Of a stretch of DNA of 64,000 nt, positions 39,771 to 49,911 are shown in pieces (within the stretch, counting starts at the first letter, position 1; every line of letters starts with the position of its first letter). The stretch spans positions 434,001-498,000 of the forward strand of contig CBFFRP010000363.1 in NCBI GenBank assembly GCA_965644295.1, in the 5' to 3' direction. The notes beneath the pieces were generated by a model that saw only the letters and a program-made list of their open reading frames with translations, made no database searches and was not told where the DNA came from. Made by a program: the position numbers and the translations under genes. This DNA comes from Paraphysomonas bandaiensis (taxonomy: Eukaryota > Protista > Chrysophyceae).

Positions 39771-41979
39771 CTACTCCATCAATGAAACTGCCTTAACACC
39801 AACTGAGAGTGACATATTCTCATCGACACACATTGGCTCAGGAGACCTGCGTGCATCGGGTGCTTTCGATGATATCATACTACCTTTGAATAAGTTTGTT
39901 ACCACTGGCGATAGCAATGAGCTACCCATAGGATGTTCTTTTCTTGGTGTATGTTTCTCTACATATTGTTGTTCAAAATTGACACCATGCCCTTTCGGAA
40001 GTCGAAGTGGCCCGATTGATCCATCTGCTCCAACGTTGTATCTTGTGCTTTCAAAAACACTTCCGTCACTTGTTTGAATTCGACCAGGTGTGCTGTTTTT
40101 CGACCTCATATTATCTGTGGCAGGGGGGGCGAGACTGCGGTTAATATTATGTGCACTTTCCGCTAAATCAACTACATGTTTATCAGCATTGGACGTATTG
40201 GGCACAGGGGGTTCCTCGTCTTCACTAGTAATATTCTTCGGTTTATACAACACCGCTACAACTCCAACACAGACTGCAATGCCGGTTACAACAGCCCCTA
40301 TACCACTGACCATTCCATTTTCGGACTCCTCTTGTGGACTTAGGTTCTCTGGAGTATTTTCATCAAGAGTTCGTGAAGTAGTTTTCCTTTTCTCGCTCGC
40401 ATCGCATGAATCACCCATACAGTTCCCATACAGTTCAGAAAGCGAATCTTCATCAAGGGAATCGTCGATAGAAGCGGTTTGAGAATACGTCGTCCTTTCC
40501 CCTTCCATATCACAAGAACTACCAATACAGTTCCCAAGGTCCTCGGTATGCAAACTTTCAAGGGAATCATCGATAGAAGCGGTTTGAGTATAAGTAGTCC
40601 TTTCCACATCCATATCACAAGAACCACCAATACAGTTACCAAGGTCCTCGATGTACAAGTCTCCATTAAAGGAATCGTCAAAAGTACCCCCACCCTCTCT
40701 TCTATTCATGTCATCTTCAACTATATTTCTATACTCACCGTCTAAATTGTTCGGAACAACATCTATATCATGCAACACACTCTGATGTGAAATGGCAAAG
40801 TCAGACTGAATAGTGCATGCTGGGGGATCGCTACACTCTGGACTAACATCACTTTCTACGGAGTCATGGGTCACGCTTTCATTACTCTCCAAATAATCAG
40901 AATTACTCGCTTCAGTGTCGGGTTCAGATGACTGGACGTTAGCGACATCACTATCCACTAAGTCGATTTCATCAAATTGGTTCGATCCATCATATTCAAT
41001 CGGTGGATTCAATTCCTTGATCTCCTGTTCGACCAACCCACTTTTGGCGGTCATAATTTCTCCTTGTGATTTCTTATGTATAAGCAAAGGTACGTCAAAG
41101 TACAAGCAAAGTGCTAAGATTACCACCAAACCAATAGCAGCCACCCAGATAGAAGTTGATGACGCACTACCTGGTCGTGGTGACTTGCCATGGTCAGTAT
41201 CTTTGCTCTTGCTGCTAGGTGCGACTCCAGAGGCTCTTGCGGCACAATTTGATGCATCAGAGGATGTCTTATGAGGTTCTGCGGATGGTGTGCACTTCAC
41301 TGCCTTCTTCTTTTTCGACTTCTTTCGACTACTACTGATAGAGCTGGGAAGGGCTACATACTTGTGTGAGTGACACCAGTAGAAGCAGTGAATATATAGC
41401 GTGTATACCAACACCAAAAGCAAACAAAATATGATGAAACAGTTGGTACTAGAGTATATAATAAAGCGCTTTCTATTGAAATGAATAAAACATACTAAAC
41501 ATGCAATACAACAAAGGGTATCTACCATGCGTAGAGGACGATGTTCCTTGTGGTATGGAGCCTTCAGCACATTCAACTACACTATTGGTAACATTCTCCT
41601 GACAAGAAGTAGGTGCTTCGATGGGATCTTCAGCTGCAGTATCAGCGTCTATTTCGTTGGTATCATCGGCGCATACAGTATCATTACTAACTTCAACACA
41701 ATCACTGGGTTGCTGCAAATTTTCAGATCCAGCGGTTTCACTGTTATCACCCGAACAAGAAGCCCTTGACTTCCCTAGTGCCTCTAGTCGTATTCGTTCC
41801 TCAGCAGCGTTCAATCTCATCAGAAGTTCTGATTTCTCTCTTTCGATCTCTTCGAATATCGCATCAATCTCAGAGTCGATATTGAGAGAAGTGTCGTAAC
41901 TGCCGCTATAAGAGGACTCATCTATCGGCTGATTTAATATAGAATCCAAGTCATCTAAATCAGACAGCAGGTCAGTCAT
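39771..41979 (-). CDS. Acidic membrane protein of unknown function with two TM segments, ~35-aa Cys-containing repeats and possible degenerate U-box (intron ~41355-41525)
   Basis: ORFs 41473-41988 and 39771-41576 joined by a GT-AG intron; TM IWVAAIGLVVILALCLYF and IGAVVTGIAVCVGVVAVLY; repeat (E)DLGNCIGxSCDM...TTYxQTASIDDSL x2.5. Confidence 0.65.
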
Positions 41980-42507
41980 GAGCTCCAATACGATTATATG
42001 ACAGCTAGATATTATACGTCAATGAACCGCTGCTTGTATCGGGACAGCTGTCATTCCATCGCCTACACGTTCAGTTCATAGTCACGGTAGCACAGGCTTT
42101 CGTCATTATGTTTATCGATACTGTGTGTGACAACAATCCTCTCCTGGGCCCTCATATCAACCATATCACACACACTGCAAGATTACCGTGCAGCACCCTT
42201 CGACCATGCTGTTAGGTACCTCCACTGTACTGCTGTACTATGTACCGATACAGAGTATGCAAGTACAGTATTCTTGTTTGTTCTACAGCAGTACACAGCA
42301 CAGTAGTGTGATGTGGTCATGTGGACATCATCATGCACATCCATACGCATGTGTCGTGACATCACCTCACTCTTACATGCTTCCAGCTACGCGAATAGTT
42401 GAACACTTGACTTACTCTTCCCGCTATGTCAATTATTTCAACTACCTCAGCAGGGGCATATCTGACCACCCTGTATCTGTCCCTGCCCCTGCCCCTGCCC
42501 CTATACT

Positions 42508-44763
42508 ATGACCAGGACATGCACCCCTCTGCTGATAGTGTTCGCCGTTACTCTGGCGGCATCCAGTGCAGTCCATCAGATAGATGAAGAAGGAGGAGGA
42601 GAAGATGATCTTATCAGCACACTGGATGTGGGCGTGGAGTGGTATGAGAGCGCGGGTCACAGGAGTGACTTCGACTACACCTCACTGCAATCAGACGGTT
42701 ACAAAAAAAAATCGAATGCAAAGAGGCACAAAAAGAAGCAACCTGCACCCTGTGAGCCTTCTCCAACCCCAAGTCCAACCGGCCCCTCTCCCCCACTTGA
42801 GGTGACTCCGAAGCCCACCAATAGGAAGAAGAGGAAGCCTACTCCTCCACTTGAGGTGACTCCGAAGCCTACCAATAGGAAGAAGAGGAAGCCTACTCCT
42901 CCACTTGAGGTGACTCCGAAGCCTACCAATAGGAAGAAGAGGAAGCCTACTCCTCCACTTGAGGTGACTCCGAAGCCTACCAATAGGAAGAAGAGGAAGC
43001 CTACTCCTCCACTTGAGGTGACTCCGAAGCCTACCAATAGGAAGAAGAGGAAGCCTACTCCTCCACTTGAGGTGACTCCGAAGCCTACCAATAGGAAGAA
43101 GAGGAAGCCTACTCCTCCACTTGAGGTGACTCCGAAGCCCACCAATAGGAAGAAGAGGAAGCCTACTCCTCCACTTGAGGTGACTCCGAAGCCTACCAAT
43201 AGGAAGAAGAGGAAGCCTACTCCTCCACTTGAGGTGACTCCGAAGCCTACCAATAGGAAGAAGAGGAAGCCTACTCCTCCACTTGAGGTGACTCCGAAGC
43301 CTACCAATAGGAAGAAGAGGAAGCCTACTCCTCCACTTGAGGTGACTCCGAAGCCTACCAATAGGAAGAAGAGGAAGCCTACTCCTCCACTTGAGGTGAC
43401 TCCGAAGCCTACCAATAGGAAGAAGAGGAAGCCTACTCCTCCACTTGAGGTGACTCCGAAGCCTACCAATAGGAAGAAGAGGAAGCCTACTCCTCCACTT
43501 GAGGTGACTCCGAAGCCCACCAATAGGAAGAAGAGGAAGCCTACTCCTCCACTTGAGGTGACTCCGAAGCCTACCAATAGGAAGAAGAGGAAGCCTACTC
43601 CTCCACTTGAGGTGACTCCGAAGCCTACCAATAGGAAGAAGAGGAAGCCTACTCCTCCACTTGAGGTGACTCCGAAGCCTACCAATAGGAAGAAGAGGAA
43701 GCCTACTCCTCCACTTGAGGTGACTCCGAAGCCTACCAATAGGAAGAAGAGGAAGCCTACTCCTCCACTTGAGGTGACTCCGAAGCCTACCAATAGGAAG
43801 AAGAGGAAGCCTACTCCTCCACTTGAGGTGACTCCGAAGCCTACCAATAGGAAGAAGAGGAAGCCTACTCCTCCACTTGAGGTGACTCCGAAGCCTACCA
43901 ATAGGAAGAAGAGGAAGCCTACTCCTCCACTTGAGGTGACTCCGAAGCCTACCAATAGGAAGAAGAGGAAGCCTACTCCTCCACTTGAGGTGACTCCGAA
44001 GCCTACCAATAGGAAGAAGAGGAAGCCTACTCCTCCACTTGAGGTGACTCCGAAGCCTACCAATAGGAAGAAGAGGAAGCCTACTCCTCCACTTGAGGTG
44101 ACTCCGAAGCCTACCAATAGGAAGAAGAGGAAGCCTACTCCTCCACTTGAGGTGACTCCGAAGCCTACCAATAGGAAGAAGAGGAAGCCTACTCCTCCAC
44201 TTGAGGTGACTCCGAAGCCTACCAATAGGAAGAAGAGGAAGCCTACTCCTCCACTTGAGGTGACTCCGAAGCCTACCAATAGGAAGAAGAGGAAGCCTAC
44301 TCCTCCACTTGAGGTGACTCCGAAGCCTACCAATAGGAAGAAGAGGAAGCCTACTCCTCCACTTGAGGTGACTCCGAAGCCTACCAATAGGAAGAAGAGG
44401 AAGCCTACTCCTCCACTTGAGGTGACTCCGAAGCCTACCAATAGGAAGAAGAGGAAGCCTACTCCTCCACTTGAGGTGACTCCGAAGCCTACCAATAGGA
44501 AGAAGAGGAAGCCTACTCCTCCACTTGAGGTGACTCCGAAGCCTACCAATAGGAAGAAGAGGAAGCCTACTCCTCCACTTGAGGTGACTCCGAAGCCTAC
44601 CAATAGGAAGAAGAGGAAGCCTACTCCTCCACTTGAGGTGACTCCGGAACCATCGAGGCTAGAACCTTGTGATATTTTGCCTACCCCGAGACCGTCTAGC
44701 CCTTCGTTGGAGGTGACTCCTAAACCTACTTCTGAGAAGAAGAAGCGTTATAAGGATACGTAG
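42508..44763 (+). CDS. Secreted repeat polyprotein: signal peptide, acidic pro-region, 34 x (PTPPLEVTPKPTNRKKRK)
   Basis: 751-aa single-exon ORF; signal MTRTCTPLLIVFAVTLAASSA; acidic DEEGGGEDD; unique non-repeat termini are in frame with the array; visible array variants are synonymous (cct/ccc). Confidence 0.85.
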   Translation: MTRTCTPLLIVFAVTLAASSAVHQIDEEGGGEDDLISTLDVGVEWYESAGHRSDFDYTSLQSDGYKKKSNAKRHKKKQPAPCEPSPTPSPTGPSPPLEVTPKPTNRKKRKPTPPLEVTPKPTNRKKRKPTPPLEVTPKPTNRKKRKPTPPLEVTPKPTNRKKRKPTPPLEVTPKPTNRKKRKPTPPLEVTPKPTNRKKRKPTPPLEVTPKPTNRKKRKPTPPLEVTPKPTNRKKRKPTPPLEVTPKPTNRKKRKPTPPLEVTPKPTNRKKRKPTPPLEVTPKPTNRKKRKPTPPLEVTPKPTNRKKRKPTPPLEVTPKPTNRKKRKPTPPLEVTPKPTNRKKRKPTPPLEVTPKPTNRKKRKPTPPLEVTPKPTNRKKRKPTPPLEVTPKPTNRKKRKPTPPLEVTPKPTNRKKRKPTPPLEVTPKPTNRKKRKPTPPLEVTPKPTNRKKRKPTPPLEVTPKPTNRKKRKPTPPLEVTPKPTNRKKRKPTPPLEVTPKPTNRKKRKPTPPLEVTPKPTNRKKRKPTPPLEVTPKPTNRKKRKPTPPLEVTPKPTNRKKRKPTPPLEVTPKPTNRKKRKPTPPLEVTPKPTNRKKRKPTPPLEVTPKPTNRKKRKPTPPLEVTPKPTNRKKRKPTPPLEVTPKPTNRKKRKPTPPLEVTPKPTNRKKRKPTPPLEVTPKPTNRKKRKPTPPLEVTPKPTNRKKRKPTPPLEVTPEPSRLEPCDILPTPRPSSPSLEVTPKPTSEKKKRYKDT
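42790..44647 (+). repeat. 54-bp coding minisatellite, ~34 copies
   Basis: Unit cctactcctccacttgaggtgactccgaagcctaccaataggaagaagaggaag; first agg-aag-aag-agg at 42823 and last at 44605 (33 x 54 bp apart). Confidence 0.97.
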
Positions 44764-45714
44764 TTGCCACGAGTTTTTCGTTTGCTTAGTTTCTTGTTTT
44801 TATATTTCGTTGATTTGTGATTTCTCTGTTTTGCGTGATTGCTTTTATCAGTTTTTGAAGTGTGAGTACTATGCATTGCTGGTTGTCAATGTGTAGTTCA
44901 TACAGTTATGCCATTCTCTATAATTTTGATTTTATTTTATTAATTACAATATCTTTTACTCAGTTGTTTATATATTGTGGTCCTCCCATTGTCATGATCT
45001 GTCTGTCATAGACTATTCACAATGTCGTACTATATGATATATTGCAATTTTATCTGTAGTAACTAGCCGTATAATGTCCAGCGTGTTGACTAATTCAACG
45101 TGTCTGTTGAAATATATGCAATACCTTTTCAAGATTTGATATTACTATTGTGATTAGAACGACTGTGGTTAGGACAAGATAATTTTCAACAACTCAGACT
45201 AAATTCTAATGTTTTTGGTTGAGTAAAAAAAGGACTTGGTGTTTAGAGTAGCATGGACGCTACTGATATACTATTTTATAATTTTACTATAATTTTATTT
45301 AGCATCAGTGGACAATACGTAGTCAGCCATGGAAGCGCCCAAGGGTGCTACGATTACGAGGAGTACGCAGACGACCCGAGAGTGACTGGACCACCGCACA
45401 CCGAACCCCACGAATCATACCCACAGGAACATATCACCGTCCCGCAAGAAACCCTCAGAACTTCGACAACGACGCCGTCTCCGGCAACTTTATCTGTCCC
45501 CGAGGCCCAAACGGTGCACTGCGACAGCGCTACATTCCAACTCTCCATCCACCTTTCAGCCCACACACCTAGCACTCGGTACACTCAGGACCTTACTACT
45601 ACAGAACCCTGTACCTTCACAAAGCCCAGTGGAGTCTCATCCCAAGGGGAGACCCCCTGATCACACGCGCCAGTGAGTCCTGAGACACACGATCACAGCG
45701 AATCTCACAATCAA

Positions 45715-46049
45715 CATTAAGAACGGAATTTTGGTCGCACCTTGGTTCTTGCGGCGACACACAAGCAGCTTCTGTAGCGCTAAATGTAGGACAATAGAGT
45801 TTGTACTGATTAGTTATGGGTAGAGGTCTAAATAGCCTGTCTAACATTCAACTAGCCACTACATTGGTGCAAAGTAGGGCTAGGAAACAAAATATTGAAT
45901 TGCAATATATTGTAATTGTATTGTTGGGCCTGTTTAAAATCTTCATCAATCGTATTGATGGAACGCTCTCTGACAATAGTATTGCAATATTGTTTCCTAG
46001 CCCTGGTGCAGATTTTTAACGCCTAATGCTAAATAATAAGACTTTCAAC
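45715..46049 (-). repeat. Dispersed repeat family R2 (other copies 31801-31928 and 50545-50748, + strand)
   Basis: Shared ttgaaagtctt...gaatgctagaca..tagttagacctctacc..taactaatc.gtac..aacgctac.gaagctgc..gtcgccgca in three places. Confidence 0.8.
45875..46005. mobile_element. hAT-family MITE (131 bp) inserted into repeat R2
   Basis: TIRs tagggctaggaaacaa..tattg / caatattgtttcctagccctg; 8-bp TSD gtgcaaag/gtgcagat; the R2 copy near 50580 has the uninterrupted site once. Confidence 0.85.
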
Positions 46050-47540
46050 ATAATATATAATATATACAACACAACTTCGGTTGAGAGTGATTTCTTGCAA
46101 TGACCGTATTTATTAAATTCCAGGATATAAACTTCACTAGTCAGCACCACGACTCACAAAGTTTCACACTTCACACTCCACTGTGTGCTCGGATTTGTAA
46201 ATGCTTTCACTGTTTTTACCTCGAAGGCCTCCCAGGATATTGTATTTTTTATTGGTGAAGCCACCGCTACATTCTATCGTAATATATTGTTTCCTAGTCT
46301 ACATCGGTATGCCATTATCGGTATATCCTTCATGAAAAACTATGTAATAATACGTTCACCCTGTCCTGAATTGTGAGCGAAGTGATAGCCTACGCTACTT
46401 CTTCTTATTCTTGCACCTTAATAGTCTCCTAAACCACCAGCATTTGTCATGCCCAATTTCGCTACATTTCAGTCACAAGTTATTTCAAGCATTATGACGA
46501 GGTACATACAGAATTATTGCAAGTGGAAAGTCAATAGTACGAAATAATGAACCACAGGCCAAAGTGTGTATAGATACGAAAGGTTTGGTATAAACGCAAG
46601 TTTAGGAAATTTAACAACCAAAGACACTCAAACACTAAATGAAATTAATGCACGTGAAACAATTCAGCTCCAACTAGACATATTAGAGGCAGTAAGATTT
46701 AATCTATTCTCCACATTGCAAAGTGATGTACCAGTATTACTGCATTATTGCCAATGATAATTACTTTTTTCAGATGGTTGTACAGTGTCGTGCAGTGTAG
46801 AACGCAAACTGTAAATTACATAATCAGTCCAGTGTTGCATATGAGTGGATATGCTACAACAGTAAGTGATATGCGATACACTTGGATCCATCTCTTACCC
46901 TCACAGCACCATCATCTTAAATACATGTAACCTCAGTCGAATATACAGCACACACCAGATCATGACGAGATGATGCAGTATGAACTCGTTCCAAAGTTAT
47001 CATAAGCATGATCACCACCAGATCGGTTAGCAGCAGTGGCATATGCTTGACAGGCCCACATAACCCACTCAAACACATTCATGCAATGAAACAGCATACT
47101 CAGGAGCGCATTAGTGGTGAACGCTTCTGTTGCAGTTGTATGGCTATTCAGGATGCTCCATGCGGTCTATGCATGTATATGTGTGGGGGGGTTCTGTATG
47201 TATGTGTGTGTATCTGCTGCGGTATTATTCATATGATCATACGAGTCTCTCTCCTCATGAGGAGCACACACCACTATACACCACTATGACCACACACTGT
47301 TGATAGTCCTCACTCGTGTCTGTGAGTAGAGGCAGCAGCAGAGCCTCTGAATCATGTACTCATATATGCATATATCCACATCACATTCACTTCGAAGTCA
47401 CTCAGAGGTATACACTCATATACGTACACGTATACCTTTGTATTCCATATACACAGTATACAGAGAATACGTTGATTCACAGTTGTAGTAAAAAGTTTCA
47501 CATATGCACTCATTGTATGTATATGTATATGTATGTACAG

Positions 47541-48220
47541 TATGTATGTATGTATGTATGTATGTATGTATGTATGTATGTATGTATGTATGTATGTATG
47601 TATGTATGTATGTATGTATGTATGTATGTATGTATGTATGTATGTATGTATGTATGTATGTATGTATGTATGTATGTATGTATGTATGTATGTATGTATG
47701 TATGTATGTATGTATGTATGTATGTATGTATGTATGTATGTATGTATGTATGTATGTATGTATGTATGTATGTATGTATGTATGTATGTATGTATGTATG
47801 TATGTATGTATGTATGTATGTATGTATGTATGTATGTATGTATGTATGTATGTATGTATGTATGTATGTATGTATGTATGTATGTATGTATGTATGTATG
47901 TATGTATGTATGTATGTATGTATGTATGTATGTATGTATGTATGTATGTATGTATGTATGCATGTATGTATGTATGTATGTATGTATGTATGTATGTATG
48001 TATGTATGTATGTATGTATGTATGTATGTATGTATGTATGTATGTATGTATGTATGTATGTATGTATGTATGTATGTATGTATGTATGTATGTATGTATG
48101 TATGTATGTATGTATGTATGTATGTATGTATGTATGTATGTATGTATGTATGTATGTATGTATGTATGTATGTATGTATGTATGTATGTATGTATGTATG
48201 TATGTATGTATGTATGTATG
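47541..48220. repeat. (TATG)n microsatellite, ~680 bp, one CATG variant at 47961
   Basis: Directly visible. Confidence 0.99.
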
Positions 48221-48338
48221 TGTGTAGGGGCAGTGGGTGTCCATGTACAGCAGTAGGAGTGTGTGTGGTATGGTCATGAGGTTTCTGTACTGTGAATGGA
48301 AGTGTGACGGTGTTTTATTATTGTGTTGTGTGTAAGTT

Positions 48339-49397
48339 ATGAAGTTTCTTCGAAGTAAGAGTCGTCGTGTTCATGTATCTCGTCGTGTTCGTAGTTTGCG
48401 TTATCGTAAGAGTGCTATGAGTGTGTGTGTGTGGGGTGGTGTTGATGGGGGTGATATGGCGAGGGAGGGACGGGTGTTATGGGACCTGTATGGGGGAAAC
48501 AGAGAGTATGCTCGGAGCTTCTGGATAGGCCGTAACGATACGCCCCGGTGTGCTCTAGAGGCCTTCGCTCAGGAGTGTGCTACCCTGCACTGTCCCTCAT
48601 ATGAGGGCGCTGAGTTCTGGATACAGATACGCGAGACAGCTTTAGGTGATGAAGATAGAGACAGCGAAGGACTGGAGTTTCATTTCGATAAAGACGAATA
48701 TGCATTGAAACGTGATGATGCCTGGGTTCATCCAGAAATATCTACTGTCACATATTTGGATGCTGCTAATTCCAACAGCCATTCCTGTGAGTGGGGCCCA
48801 CCGCTTGTGGTATTCGATACGAACTCATGCGATACCCCATGCTATCTGCGACAAAGACGGCGCACGGTTACTCCAAGGCACTGTTGGATTGTATTCCCCG
48901 AGCCGGGAAAGCATGTAGCATTTAAAGGCAACCTACTTCACGGTGTACCTGCGGAGCTCAGTTATGCTCTCCAACAACCTATTGATATTAACTACCCTCA
49001 CTTCGTTCGTATGTCACTGCCTGTCAATGTGTGGGCTCAACGAAAACCAGCACTTATTGAGAAATTACCCATGGAGTTCATAAAGAAAGTGTCGAAATAC
49101 GATTCCGGTGGGAGGTACTTTAAGAAAGCAGTTCCTGTGGACCTACTTGGGGTAGTTGCTCCTGTCTGCAATGGTGTTCACCTTGTCGATGACACAGCAG
49201 AGGTGAAGCAAAAATGTGATATGGACACGTCTGCGTTTAGGGGACGAAAATGTAACTGCTGTGGGTCGTATGTTCTTACAGAGCATGTTCCTGGTGACAC
49301 TGCCCATATCCCGCTGGAGCCCATAGCCAACGAACTTTTTCGTAGAAAAATATCCGATGCTGATGCCCACTGTGGTGTATGTATACGATATAAGTAG
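48339..49397 (+). CDS. 2OG-Fe(II) dioxygenase-like protein (start may be 48418)
   Basis: 352-aa ORF; GAEFWIQIR, LEFHFDKDE (HxD), HPEISTVTYL, FPEPGKHVAFKGNLLHGV (distal His), RMSLPVNVW (2OG-binding Arg). Confidence 0.7.
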   Translation: MKFLRSKSRRVHVSRRVRSLRYRKSAMSVCVWGGVDGGDMAREGRVLWDLYGGNREYARSFWIGRNDTPRCALEAFAQECATLHCPSYEGAEFWIQIRETALGDEDRDSEGLEFHFDKDEYALKRDDAWVHPEISTVTYLDAANSNSHSCEWGPPLVVFDTNSCDTPCYLRQRRRTVTPRHCWIVFPEPGKHVAFKGNLLHGVPAELSYALQQPIDINYPHFVRMSLPVNVWAQRKPALIEKLPMEFIKKVSKYDSGGRYFKKAVPVDLLGVVAPVCNGVHLVDDTAEVKQKCDMDTSAFRGRKCNCCGSYVLTEHVPGDTAHIPLEPIANELFRRKISDADAHCGVCIRYK

Positions 49398-49683
49398 CCG
49401 CTCAATAACAAACATTTGGACGATTACTCGATGTCAGCGATGCAAAAGTATTAAATTCGCGATGTCATCAACTCATCAATCCTTGTCATTCGCTAAATCT
49501 ATATCGACACAACTACCTATCAAAATTATATTTTCGCAATCTCATACAGTCAAAATATTTTCAGTTTAGCAAATAAAGCTATTTCATAGCACGTTATAGG
49601 TGTTCGTATAAAGATGGAAAAAATTATTCAACTTAAGCACACTAATTTTGGAGTAAAAACTTCTAGTAGCCAATGTAATATAA

Positions 49684-49890
49684 GAGACAAATGGGGATAA
49701 TCTAATATTAACTTTTCAACGTCATGAGGTTAAGCTACAATTTAACCTAGGGATAAGGAGTATCGTCCCTTGTCTAAATTTTGAAACGAGGGCGACGGGC
49801 TTTTCGCCCTCGTTTCAAAATTTGAGCGCGGGACGATATAGCCTCCTCATTGTCCGTGGTTAAATATAACTATATCCCCATTTTGTCTCA
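49684..49890. mobile_element. Palindromic (fold-back) non-autonomous element
   Basis: Perfect 20-bp stem aaattttgaaacgagggcga / tcgccctcgtttcaaaattt, extended by tatcgtccc/gggacgata and tttaacc/ggttaaa, bracketed by gagacaaatggggata / tatccccattttgtctc. Confidence 0.75.
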
Positions 49891-49911
49891 TAAAAAGTTT
49901 TTTTTGACCTG

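Noticed and set aside
42699-44603. 634-aa antisense ORF (VGFGVTSSGGVGFLFFLL)n
   Set aside because: By-product of a stop-free 54-bp repeat; only the + strand has a signal peptide and coherent unique flanks.
42790-44647. CRISPR-like periodic array
   Set aside because: No unique spacers, in-frame coding, eukaryotic context, no cas genes.
45253-45660. 135-aa ORF next to repeat R2
   Set aside because: No recognisable domain; probably part of a repeat body.
46100-47300. Possible small multi-exon gene on the minus strand, divergent from the oxygenase
   Set aside because: Splice-like signals exist but no consistent reading frame could be assembled.
47316-48279. ORFs of (MYVC)n / (IHTY)n here and at 29613-30303
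   Set aside because: Translations of tetranucleotide microsatellites.
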